Below, piece after piece: positions 1 through 10,143 of a DNA stretch of 32,857 nucleotides (position 1 is the first letter of the stretch; every line of letters starts with the position of its first letter). The DNA comes from Klebsormidium nitens. Taxonomy: Eukaryota; Plantae; Klebsormidiophyceae. Where the stretch lies: positions 1 through 32,857 of the forward strand of contig DF237734.1 in NCBI GenBank assembly GCA_000708835.1, given 5' to 3'. The notes under the pieces are model-generated. The model was not told the origin of the DNA. It worked only from the letters and a program-made list of their open reading frames with translations, and made no database searches. A program made the translations under genes and the position numbers.

Positions 1-363
1 ATGACATTAGTCCGCGCGACCCGCGCGCGTATAGCTACCGAGGGATCCCCGCGAGGGGCTCGGAAAGCTAGCGCCGTTACACCAGGAGCGATGGGAGCAA
101 ATTACCATGGACTTAATTGCAGTCCTGACTACCTGAAACCACTCGAGGAAATTCCGGCATTGCTGTTTTCGTCGACCGCTTATCGAAAGAAATAAAAATC
201 GCACCCATATCTGATGACACGACCGCCCCCGCCATCGCTCGTGTATATTTTGATAACGTATTCCGTCATAAGGGACTGTCGCGCGTGATCATTTCTGACA
301 GGGACCCTCGGTTTACTTCTAACTTTGGCGTACCCTTTTCAGGCTCCTTGGTACCAAGCTCTC

Positions 364-405
364 CACGCGCTCGGTTTGACCGTCGGTTTGGGGGTGGAAG
401 GCGGT
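364..405 (-). other. Inverted 42-bp piece of the integrase gene (TAFHPQTDGQTERV)
   Basis: Reverse complement of 364-405 is acc gcc ttc cac ccc caa acc gac ggt caa acc gag cgc gtg, the conserved gypsy integrase motif that is missing from the + strand here. Positions 364-377 and 457-470 form a perfect 14-bp inverted repeat. Confidence 0.93.
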
Positions 406-461
406 TTTAGGGTGAAAACCCTAAAACCCTAAAACCCCTAAAACCCTAAAACCATAAAACC
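405..461. repeat. Interstitial telomeric repeats (TTTTAGGG type), G-strand unit facing C-strand units
   Basis: TTTTAGGG (405-412), TG, then AAAACCCT AAAACCCT AAAACCCCT AAAACCCT AAAACCAT AAAACC (415-461). Confidence 0.9.
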
Positions 462-1223
462 GAGCGCGTGAACCGGGTCATCGAGGAAGCCCTCCGACCC
501 TACGTCAACGCCCGACACTCTGACATTGATCTATACCTAACAGCTATCGAATTTGCCTATAACAACTCGGTCCAACTCTCTACCAGCCACTCCCCCTTCT
601 ACCTCAATACCGGTCCACACCCCCTCACACCCGCCAACCTACTAAAACCACCTTCCTCCGATACACCCGCCGCCGATCAATTCCTGCACAACATCGCCTC
701 CTCCCTACAAACGCCAAAACCCTCCTTGTACTCGCCCAAAACCGCCAAAAACAGTACGCCGACCAGCGTCGCCGCCCGCTTACCTTCCAACCCGGCGACC
801 AAGTCTATCTATCCACCGCCCATCTGTCGCTCTCCACCCGCTCCCAAGTCCGCAAACTCGCACCCAGGTACACCGGGCCATTCACCGTACAACAAACCAT
901 CTCAGACGCTGCGTACAAACTCGACCTACCCGCCCACATGGCAATCCACCCCGTTTTCCACGTATCCCAGCTAAAACCCTACCATCCAAACGACCCGACC
1001 CGCTTCACCGACCGAGACCCACCACCACCTCCTCCGGTACTCACCACAGACAATCCCCAACACCCTATTGACAGTGTTGTGGACGAACGAACCGTCGGCC
1101 GCGGTACCCGGCAGCGCACCCAGTACTTAGTCACCTACCGAGACCAGCCCTTCCACGAGGCCCAATGGGTCGACGCCCACCTAGTAAATTTAAACCCCAG
1201 CAACGAGGACGTTGCTATTACTT

Positions 1224-1233
1224 AAGGGGGGGA
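1224..1233 (+). other. Polypurine tract of the retrotransposon
   Basis: AAGGGGGGGA overlaps the pol stop codon and ends 4 nt before TGTAAC. Confidence 0.8.
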
Positions 1234-1237
1234 CTGC

Positions 1238-1663
1238 TGTAACACGTGGATCTTTATTAAACATTTATAGCCGTAGATATACGGATAGACTTGATCAGAT
1301 TATTCCGATGATTTGCATGTTTCCCCCTATAACGGTAACATGATCTTATAAATAAATACTCGATTCCTATTGGTTGCGCAAGATGAGCTTAGCTTAAGGT
1401 AAGCTCATCTTAGCAACTGAGCTGCACACAATAATACTAAGACTACTCTATAGACTATACTTACAGACTGAGCTCATGCGAGCACAGTGGCAGCTTGGGT
1501 CAAGCTACAAAAGTGGATTTCTCCACTTGTGGACCTCATTCGCTAGACCCCGGATTGAGGACAACTTTCATCTTTAGATCTTTCTCAACTCTACACTAGC
1601 TCTCTCCGCATCCACTGTAGAAATCAGGATCCCTTATATAGCTCAAGGGAGCTCCCGATTACA
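1238..1663 (+). repeat. 3' LTR (TGTAA...TTACA); alternative end at TTACA 1461-1465
   Basis: Starts TGTAA just after the PPT, and 5-bp inverted termini are available at 1659-1663. TATA-like CTTATAAATA near 1345-1354. The 5' LTR is not available to confirm the boundary. Confidence 0.65.
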
Positions 1664-1838
1664 ATGTTGACCACCCGAGTCGCGGATCATCTGCCGGTCT
1701 CTCTATTGCCGACGCTTCGAGAGACGGTTCTTGAACCCCATAGCAAGACAGCTCAAAGACTAAACCAAAATTCCATATGAAAATCATAAGCGATTGGGGC
1801 GCTTTCAGCACATGAAACGGTCGCGCGGAGATGGTATG

Positions 1839-1887
1839 CCATGTACTACGTACATGGTATGGTACTACGTACATGATGTACTACGTA
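1839..1887. promoter_or_regulatory. Three GTACTACGTA copies (TACGTA A-box cores) upstream of the P450
   Basis: TACGTA at 1847-1852, 1866-1871 and 1882-1887. The first lies in the near-palindrome CCATGTAC-TAC-GTACATGG. About 200-240 nt upstream of the P450 ATG. Confidence 0.35.
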
Positions 1888-2087
1888 GCACACGATTCAG
1901 CAAGTGTGTGCATGGACTCTGGAGGCTGCTCGAAAAGTAGCAAAGTGAAGCCCACGCCGCCAAGGATCTTGTGGAAGAGAAAAGCGCCAGGTTTCTTCTG
2001 AAAGAGAGCTAGACCAGAAGCACGTTCGCGAAGCTGCTAAGCTGATCTTATCTCGCAGCATTGCGCGCTCGAGCGCTCTCTGCCAAA

Positions 2088-5000
2088 ATGTCCCTCTCGT
2101 GTTCCCTCAAGAGCTGCTCAAGCATCCAATCCGCAGCGCCTTTGAAACCGGCAGCAAAGACGAGGCAGCAGCAGCACTCGCCATGTTCTAGCAACCCTTC
2201 CTCCCAGCGCATCACTTGCAAGCGATATCCAGGTGCTCTGCTGAGCTTGCCACTGAAGAGAGGGGCATTCTTGGGTTGTACCGTGACTCTACATAGCACT
2301 CATGATCAGCAATCCAGCATTAGATCCCCTCAGCGCGGCGTCAAGGGTCAACACAGGAAGGTACCAGCTGCCAAGCTGACACTAGAAAAAGAGACACAGA
2401 CGCAAGCAAAGCATGGGGGTGAGAAAGAGGGGCTCGAGCTGCCCCCCGGATCTCTGGGCCTGCCAATCATCGGCGAGACGCTTGAGCTCATTAGAAGTCT
2501 GAATCCTGAGAACCCCGATGCGTTCTCGGGCCCGCGGCAAGCCAAGTATGGGAGGATCTTCAAGTCAAACGCGCTCGGGCGCAACTTTATCACTGTATCG
2601 GGGCCCGAGGCTGCAGCCCAAATCTTGACAAACGGTTAGCGACTTGACAGATCAGCGACTCTCGGATCCTCATCTTGGGTTCTCCTTGCTGGTACTACAT
2701 AAAGAACAATCTGTTTTGGGGAATAGCTTCCTCTCTTGCTTCCTGGATTATTTCGCAGAGTTATTGTGGCTCATCCTAGTGGCTCCATTTTTTAAGTGGC
2801 TCATTGGCAAATTTTCAAAGATCGCTCTCCTTGATCACATTGTTTCGATCATTTACCTAGAAGGTACTTTTGTCTTGGACAAGCTTTCCCATCAAGTGCG
2901 GCAACTAATGAGACCAGTTTTATTCACAAGCTTTTTCCTCTGGTTGCAGAGAAGCTGTACGCCACTGAATGGCCACAATCATTTAAGCCCCCAATCGGCG
3001 AGCATGCGCTGTCCATGACAAACACGCTCTGATCAAATATCCATAAGAAGTATCGGTCTCAGTAAGCAGTTTCAATCTTTGCAGAGAGACTAGTTGTCAC
3101 TGAATGACTGAGATTCTTCGAGCGCCTCGTTGCCTAGCCCTCGAACTTTCAAATGAATAACCATAGTCTCCAATTCCAATGAGCGCCTTCTCATTTGCAG
3201 AGAAACTGTATGCCACTGAATGGCCGCGGTCTTTCAAGCCCCTCATCGGCGAGCATGCGCTGTCCATGACAAACGGGCCGAAGCACAAGTATCTACGCGC
3301 ACTGATAGCCAACCCCCTGAGCTTGGAGAACCTGAAAACGTACGTGCCTCTCATTGAGAGAGCGGTGCTGTCGCTCCTGGACTCTTGGCAGGAAGATACG
3401 ATTCTGAAGGCGCATCAAGAGATGAGGCGGGTAAGGGCGACAATACATACATGCTCATAGAGAGCCTAACCCTCATCTGTCACTTGCTTCATTGATATGT
3501 CAAGAGATCGTGGCGTGAGCGATTCTATAATCTCCCTGACTTTCAAGATAGCGTGGACCGGCCAGAAGCGTTTGGCTAACAAGATCTGCCCGACCCTAGA
3601 CCAGATTTCAGTGCCAAATTCTGATTTATTGTGCGCAAGATCATGCGCCATGTCATGTGTAGACGCATGGAGGTTCGTTATGTAGCAATGTAGCAATTCC
3701 TTGAATGATCACTTTCAGGCCCCAAACGCGTGTCTACGACAAGATTCTCCCGAGTAATAGTTTTAGAGTCGGCTAAAGCCAATTCCTAATCCCATGTTGT
3801 CTCACAATGCTGTGGTCTACTCTCTTCTGAATTACAGGCCCCTTCAGGGGCTCTTTCTCAACGATCTCGTCTATCCTGTGTGCAGTTGACATTCAACGTC
3901 ATCTCAGAGCTGATCTTTGGCGCAAAGCCTGGACCCCAGACGGAGCGGCTGTCGGGTCACTTTGACGTGTGGGTGCAAGGCCTGGCTGTGCTAATCCCCA
4001 TCGACCTCCCCTTCACAAAGTTCGGGAAATCTATGAAGGTGGGTTGGAATCTGGCAGAGGGCATGAGTGACAAATGACGAGATGTTTTCAAGCCCGTCGA
4101 GCCTGTTATCACTGGTTGCTGACTGCAAACAAGCTTTTGATATGCAGCGTTTGAATCTTTGCCCAGATTGCGAGGAGCTCCTTATTTTCAGTGCGCTTCT
4201 GGTCCGCTCTGTCCAGAGACCATTCGCTAGCTGGGAGCTGGTGCATGGGACCCGGATTTAAAGATCGATCAATCAATCAATTGATGATCGTAACGTCTCG
4301 TAGGGGCCAGGGGAGGCTCATGAGACAAGTAGACATGAGACAGATAGAAGCGGGACCTGCGAGGGTCGGGCCTTGCCCTTAAGCTCCGATGAAAGCCTGG
4401 AGCATCTGTCTTTATCTGCTATGGTGCGCTGTCGATCAAAGCTGCTTAAAGCGGTGATTAAGCGTCCCACCGCCAGAGGGTTATGTCTGACCCCTGCTTT
4501 AGCAGCCCCCTGACAGATGCATCAGAACATACTCGTCTCCTAACCAGATTTGGTTATTTAAACCTCACGTGTCTCGCTCAGGCACGCCGAGCCATCTTAT
4601 CCGAGGTCGCCCAGATTGTGGGCGAACGCCGCACAGCGCTGAGAAATGGCGAACCCGTCCCTAACGACATCCTAACCCGGTTGCTAACCGAAAAGGACGC
4701 GGAGGGGAGGCAGCTTACGGAGGTGGAGCTGTCGGACAACCTCCTTAACCTGCTTTTCGCAGGTACGTTTCGCAGGGAGAGTCTGGCCCTAACCGGAGTC
4801 GGTTATTGTTAGCCTGCTTTTCTAGGACATCATAACAGGGTTAGGTACGAGAATCAGACCTTTCGTTTTCACAAAGTTGAGCATGGCTCGCTTGGCTTGT
4901 CAGTACTCGAGCATGATCTTGTCGTTGTGACGTTGAACCTTTTCGCATGACGTGTGTTAAGAGCTGGAACGTATGCCATCGGACTTTTCGGCTGCGCCAA

Positions 5001-7879
5001 AAACGGTACTTTTACAGCGTCCAAGGTGGTTCGGTCTTTCAATCGTTTTACAGGCCACGACACCAGCGCGAGCAGTTTGTCCATCATCATCCACTCTCTA
5101 GGGAGCCGTCCCGACGTCCAGCAGAAGCTGCGGGTGAGCCGAGCGTTCCTCGCTCGCAACTTTTCGAGCTACCATATGTCAACGTATACCGCAGTCTCGA
5201 GCTCTTGGCTTCGAGTGCGGCTTTCCCTTGCAAATTTGCAAGGAAAGCGTCCCTTGAATCGAGAAATGAATAACAAGGAGGGTGAAGCAAGTAAAGCCAC
5301 ACATGTACGCTCAAAGAAGTCAATCATAAATTCCAGGAAACGTACGAAAATTGAGTATTGAATCGTCCGCGTGTGTCGCCAGTCTCGAGTGCCATCGCCT
5401 TCTTGGAGATTTGTACGAAGCCGTATCGGTTCCGACGGTCAGGTCATGATCAAGGCGCAATTCACCGCTTCAACTCTGGAAGCTTGCCGCCAACTTGTCT
5501 CAACAGTAAAAATATACAACGGGAGGATTCAGACAAAAGGATGGTATGCCGAACTTCTTCTTAATACTGATCACGCAGGACGAGCATGCACGCATCAGGA
5601 GCGGCAAGGCAGCCGGCGAGCCGCTGACGTGGCAGGACGTCCGCCAATTGGCGTACACGGATCAGGTGAGGGGACGTAACCATTCTGCCCGGCACGTGTA
5701 ATGTCCGCCGACATATCTGCTGACACGTCAGGCGACTGGGCGCCGGAGTTATTCTTGGGAGGGTTGTCAATATGGTATAACGAGGGAGCGCAGCGAAAGT
5801 TGGGCGAAATCTTCACTGAACCTGGCCGAGATTGTTCTCATCTTGCAACCCTGAGGGACTTTGAAACTCAGAGCGCTGAAAATTGCTTGTATGAAACGAC
5901 CCAGTATCACGGTTGTCACCTCTGCTGAGGCTGCGGGAGTTTGCTTTGTTTCTTCTTGATTTGGATCCATCTTCCGCTAAGCATTCTGCGGTATTCGCTT
6001 TCAATCTCTATCAGAGATCTTCCAAAGCCCAAAGTTGGTCTGTGCGCGAATCCTACCGAAAACCAACTGCAATCCTCCCCTTCTTTGAATGCACCGTTCG
6101 ATCGAGGGTGTGCGGTTGCAAGCCTTTTCTCTCTGTTGGTCAAATCGGGTCAGGTTGCTCCATGCACCCTCAAGCCATCTTTCAGGGCCTACGACTGCTT
6201 CGTTTATTTCCAATTGTACCAATTTCTTTTTTACATTCTATTATTGACCAGGCTCCTCATCCCTAAACTCAAATTTCACGTGAGTGTTTCTGTGGCTCCT
6301 ACAGCGCTTACCCTTTCTCAGTACAGAGTTCCTTTGGTATTGCCTTCCAAGATTTCAATACTTTTTTTATATATTTTCTTCCTTACGGCTCCTGGTTAAA
6401 GTTGGTTTCCTCTCTCTACTTGCAGGTCATCAGCGAGGGCCTGCGGCTGCGGCCAATTGTCGGGAACGCATTCAAGGTGGCCACGGAAGACACGACAATG
6501 TACGGCTACCGCGTACCCAAGGGCTGGTCCGTCAACCTAGACTACCGCGCCGTCATGTGCCGCGACTCGTACTTTCCCGAAGCGGACCAGTTCCGGCCGG
6601 AGCGGTTCGACGTGAGTGAACGGAATGAACGGGGATACGGAACCTACGATCTGCTGAGGCGACGATTTGTTCGAGTTTTTGTGCGGAAAATGTTGCCGTG
6701 GCAGCGACAGACGTTTGCACGCTCTTGTGCGCGCTCTTTTTCACCTCAATCCGATGCCAGAAGTCTAGGAAGAGTTTGCAAGTTTTCTTTCAGAATAGAG
6801 TCGAAAATTCACTCAGATCATTCTGTCAGCTTTTGAGCGTGTGCTTGGCACTTCGCACCTTTATGCTGAGGGAACTCCATGCAAGAAAGTTAGCGAAAAG
6901 ACATCCGGAAAGAATACTCGACCTATCAGCTCTGTTTTAATCGCCCTCCGCTTTACAATGCAGGAGAAGCTCAAGCCATACACGTTCCTTCCGTTTGGAA
7001 GTGGTGAGTCGTGCTGACCTGAACCGGTATTTTTTTCCTCGGGTTCTTCCTTTTAGCACCTGCAGTCTCCATCCTCTCAGACTTCGACAAGAGTTTGCCT
7101 CATGACCACAGAGGGATTGTGCGTTTGATGCCGTGTCTTTGCCTCGTTTCTTGTGGCGAAAGGAGCGGCTTGTTAGCTGCCCCGGTTTTGCTGCTCTCAA
7201 GTACGTGAATTTGCCCGACTGGATTCGATGCTGAATGATGTGCTGCAATCCACACGCGCGCTTCTCCCTGATACAGCGGGTCTTTTATCTGTCCTTGTTT
7301 CGGTGTCCAGGTGAGCGGCAGTGCCCGGGGAGCGCGCTCGCTCGGATGGAGATGACGGTCTTTCTGTACCACTTCTTGCACCTCTGGGAGTGAGTTTGCT
7401 CTTGGTTTCCGTTGCGCCACCATTTTCCTTATGCTTGCGCCACCCTTCTTTCACCTACTGCCTTTACTTAGCCTTCATTATGGCGCTACGAAACGGACTC
7501 GTTCAGATACCTCCACGAAGTTCTGAGGTGGACGATAAATTTTAATTGTCGGCTGAATGTCTGCTTAATTTGCTTACTTTATCACGCTGTTGAAATTATG
7601 GCGGATGTGAAGCGAGAAACTCTCTTACGTAGATGGCTGATTCAACAACGTGCAAGAGAACCAGGTATCTAGTTGAGTAAACAACTAATCTTTCAGGGCG
7701 ACTCGCTGCTTCTTTATTAAAGCCGCAGCGTTGATCTTTCATGATTTAAACTTTCGAGTGGCTTTCTTTCTTGCAGCTTCGAGCTCACAAATCCATCGGA
7801 GGAGACTGTCTTTGTCCCCATGGTGCGGCCGAAGGAGGGCCTGCCGCTGAAACTCCGGCGACGAGTTAACTTTCAGTGA
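2088..7879 (+). CDS. Cytochrome P450, CYP85-clan-like, 561 aa, with plastid-transit-peptide-like N-terminus
   Basis: Exons 2088-2634, 3201-3430, 3886-4038, 4582-4762, 5054-5133, 5579-5665, 6426-6611, 6964-7003, 7311-7389, 7777-7879; all GT-AG, phases consistent, 1686 nt. Motifs: LPPGSLGLPIIGET, I-helix AGHDTS, ExxR (EGLR), PERF, heme-binding FGSGERQCPG. Confidence 0.93.
2944..3023 (+). pseudogene. Truncated duplicate of the P450 exon 2 5' end, with its own acceptor, inside intron 1
   Basis: TTGCAG acceptor, then 2950-3023 matches 3201-3274 at 65/74 nt (KLYATEWPQSFKPPIGEHALSMTN vs KLYATEWPRSFKPLIGEHALSMTN). An in-frame TGA follows at 3030-3032. Confidence 0.85.
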
Positions 7880-9454
7880 CGTGGCAGCTCGACGCTCATT
7901 TTCCGGCGTGAACGGAACTTATAGGAGTAAAGCAAAGGAGGTCATATCTCATGTACCGTAGTAGCGTTGCGTTACTGTAGAGCTGTGAAGTTACCATAGT
8001 TCTCGTGGTTCACGGACTCATCTCGATAGATGGCAGAGAAGGGAACAGGTGTCTTCAAGTTGCGAGCCCTGATCAGACGTCGTCGACCTGTACAACATTC
8101 TTTCTAGAACGCACGCATACATTGTTTGATCTGGACAAAATACTGGACATATTGTCCGCGCGCCACTTGTCAGTGATCAAAAAGCTCTGTAAAGCCGCAC
8201 AGAGAAAATCATGTAAGTACGCTTTAGGAAGTAGTATATACGAGTTTGCAAAACAGCAAGCGACTTAGCAGAAGCTCTTTTGTACTGACGGAACGCTAGC
8301 TAATATAGTGATCACACATCTGAGGATGTGATGCCGACCTTATAATTTGAATTATTTGGATATTTGATTTATTCTCTTCTGAGTATGAAGCGGTGTTCAG
8401 TTACTGAGTAGCATGGACACTGAACTGTGCGGCGACTAGTCGGCTCAGCATTGTGCACGCCGTGCTGCAACTCGGGCGCCTTTCGCATGCCTTGCGCATC
8501 ATTGTTGGACTTTGCGTACGGTGAGGCCCAACCGTTGGACTAGCTTGAGCATATCATTGTATCATTCCAATACTTTGATGCCGCGGATCTGGAGTTCACG
8601 TATAGTTGTGTATACATGCCATGCAGCCAGCAGGCTGGATTGTACATGCCGCGCGTTTACAGGCGGCGCATGCACACATGCATCCCACAATTGTGACACA
8701 CGAAATAGAACGTTTCGATTGTGGCTTTTCAATATTTGCGATGAAGTGCATCATCAGAGTCATGGCATATCATCATGCACCCGGGCCACCCGCCCCATCC
8801 GACATGCAGCCTCGTGCTCAGGCCATGATCTCTAAGGGTGGGCCCCAGAGGATGCAGCCGCAGAGCGAGGAGGGGACTACTGCTTCTCAACCTTGTTGAT
8901 CCGACATGATTGTTCAACTGATTCAGTACTTACATACTCAACAATCCTCCATGCTGGCTGGGCACTCGGTGTAGACTTGCTCCACGTTGCTGGCTGTCAT
9001 TTTGGTCAAGGCCATTTGCGAATCTTCCATTGCGATAGCGAAGCGCTCTTGAAGCTTCGTACAAAAAACTTATCAAAACCGCCTCTTTAAGTGGCTACAA
9101 GCCACTTTGGAAAAACTCGTTCCTCAGATTGCTGTTTATCTCTGCCTATACGGAAAATAAACCTCGTTTTTCAATGTACAGTTGCAGTTTGACCGGTCAC
9201 AACCACAGATCTCATGTTACATCAATCGTGTGATGATCAAAGTATTCACTCTCTTACTGACTCCCCTATTAGTTCGCCCAATGCTGCACATACACAGAAG
9301 GCTTCACTAACTTGTTCGGGCTTTAAGTAGTCAGTCATGTATGCCCAAATCATGGGGCAGATTAGGCACTGCTCAAGGGGGCCACAAGCTTCACAGCAAA
9401 CTACCCTGATTGTTCAGTGCAACTCACCTGACCCTTCCGATCCACTTGCAAAGA

Positions 9455-10143
9455 CTAGGCAATGTCTGTGTCGTCAAAATCGTCCTCAAACTCTGCAAGG
9501 ATGCAGAAAAGCTCTGTCTTCAGTTTTGAGTTGACTTACTCTGACAGCCAAAATAAATAATTGATTTGTTCCTGGCCGAGTTAAGCCATTGAAATTGTTC
9601 CTGATCGAAGGCAGAAGTGTTCTGCTTGAAGGGTCAATCAGCACTGTTTACCTTAGCCCATTGTTCCTTCCTTAGAAGCAAGCCAGCAGGGAACAAAATG
9701 CACTTTTTAAGTGACATTTTCCTTGCGTTATCTGTAAATAGCACAGTGGACTCAACGCAAAGGACGTCCAACTGTCAACAAACCCAGGACGCAGGCCCGT
9801 GTCTCTTTGCTCAAAAAGAAATCCAGGCGACACTCCCCCTCGCTGCCACCCCTACTGAGAGGTCCAGTCAAACCAAGGCAACTTTGGTGGCTCATTCGCG
9901 CGATTCCAATCCTCCTGACTTGCAGACCACACGCCCAAGCCAGTTACATGCGATCGAACTTTGACATGGCCTCAGCCATCAGCCTCTATCCACTAAAGAG
10001 CATAGACGCTCACTGTTGTAAAAGTCTGCGTCCACATGCTTTTCCGTGGGGTGCCCGTCCACTGTGTCCAATTCCATGTCCCCGTCCCCATCAAAGTAGT
10101 TCTCTGAGTCAACGTCAAAGCTCTGGGGCATCGGTTGCTTCAT
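9455..10143 (-). CDS. SMAP1: Small acidic protein (SMAP1 / COP9 signalosome subunit 9-like), 55 aa
   Basis: Exons 10143-10014 and 9492-9455 (GTGAGC donor, TTGCAG acceptor) give MKQPMPQSFDVDSENYFDGDGDMELDTVDGHPTEKHVDADFYNKFEDDFDDTDIA*. The C-terminal F/D-rich DADFxNKFxDDFDDTDI is the SMAP/CSNAP signature. An in-frame upstream ATG at 10245 is an alternative start. Confidence 0.88.

Larger units (their letters stand above)
59..1225 (+). pseudogene. Disrupted pol: integrase plus C-terminal chromodomain
   Basis: Stops or frameshifts near 135, 325 and 712, plus the inversion/insertion at 364-461. The last segment (938-1225) reads HPIDSVVDERTVGRG...QYLVTYRDQPFHEAQWVD, a chromodomain-like pattern, and ends at TAA 1223-1225. 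Confidence 0.88.
59..1663 (+). mobile_element. Degenerate Ty3/gypsy (chromovirus-type) LTR retrotransposon, 3' portion: integrase, chromodomain, PPT and 3' LTR
   Basis: Translation across frameshifts gives RWEQITMD...GIAVFVDRLSKEIKIAP...VIISDRDPRFTSNF/WRTLFRLLGTKL...ERVNRVIEEALR...IEFAYNNS (rve integrase core). This is followed by YTGPF (GPY/F motif), IHPVFHVSQLKPY, a chromodomain-like tail, a purine tract and a TG...CA LTR. The 5' LTR, gag and RT are not in the window. Confidence 0.92.

Noticed and set aside
364-470. MITE with 14-bp terminal inverted repeats
   Set aside because: The 'TIRs' are integrase coding sequence (QTERV) duplicated by the inversion, and no target-site duplication is visible.
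9885-9960. Possible tRNA-like segment (GCGATTCCAATCC)
   Set aside because: No proper T-loop consensus and no cloverleaf could be built on either strand.
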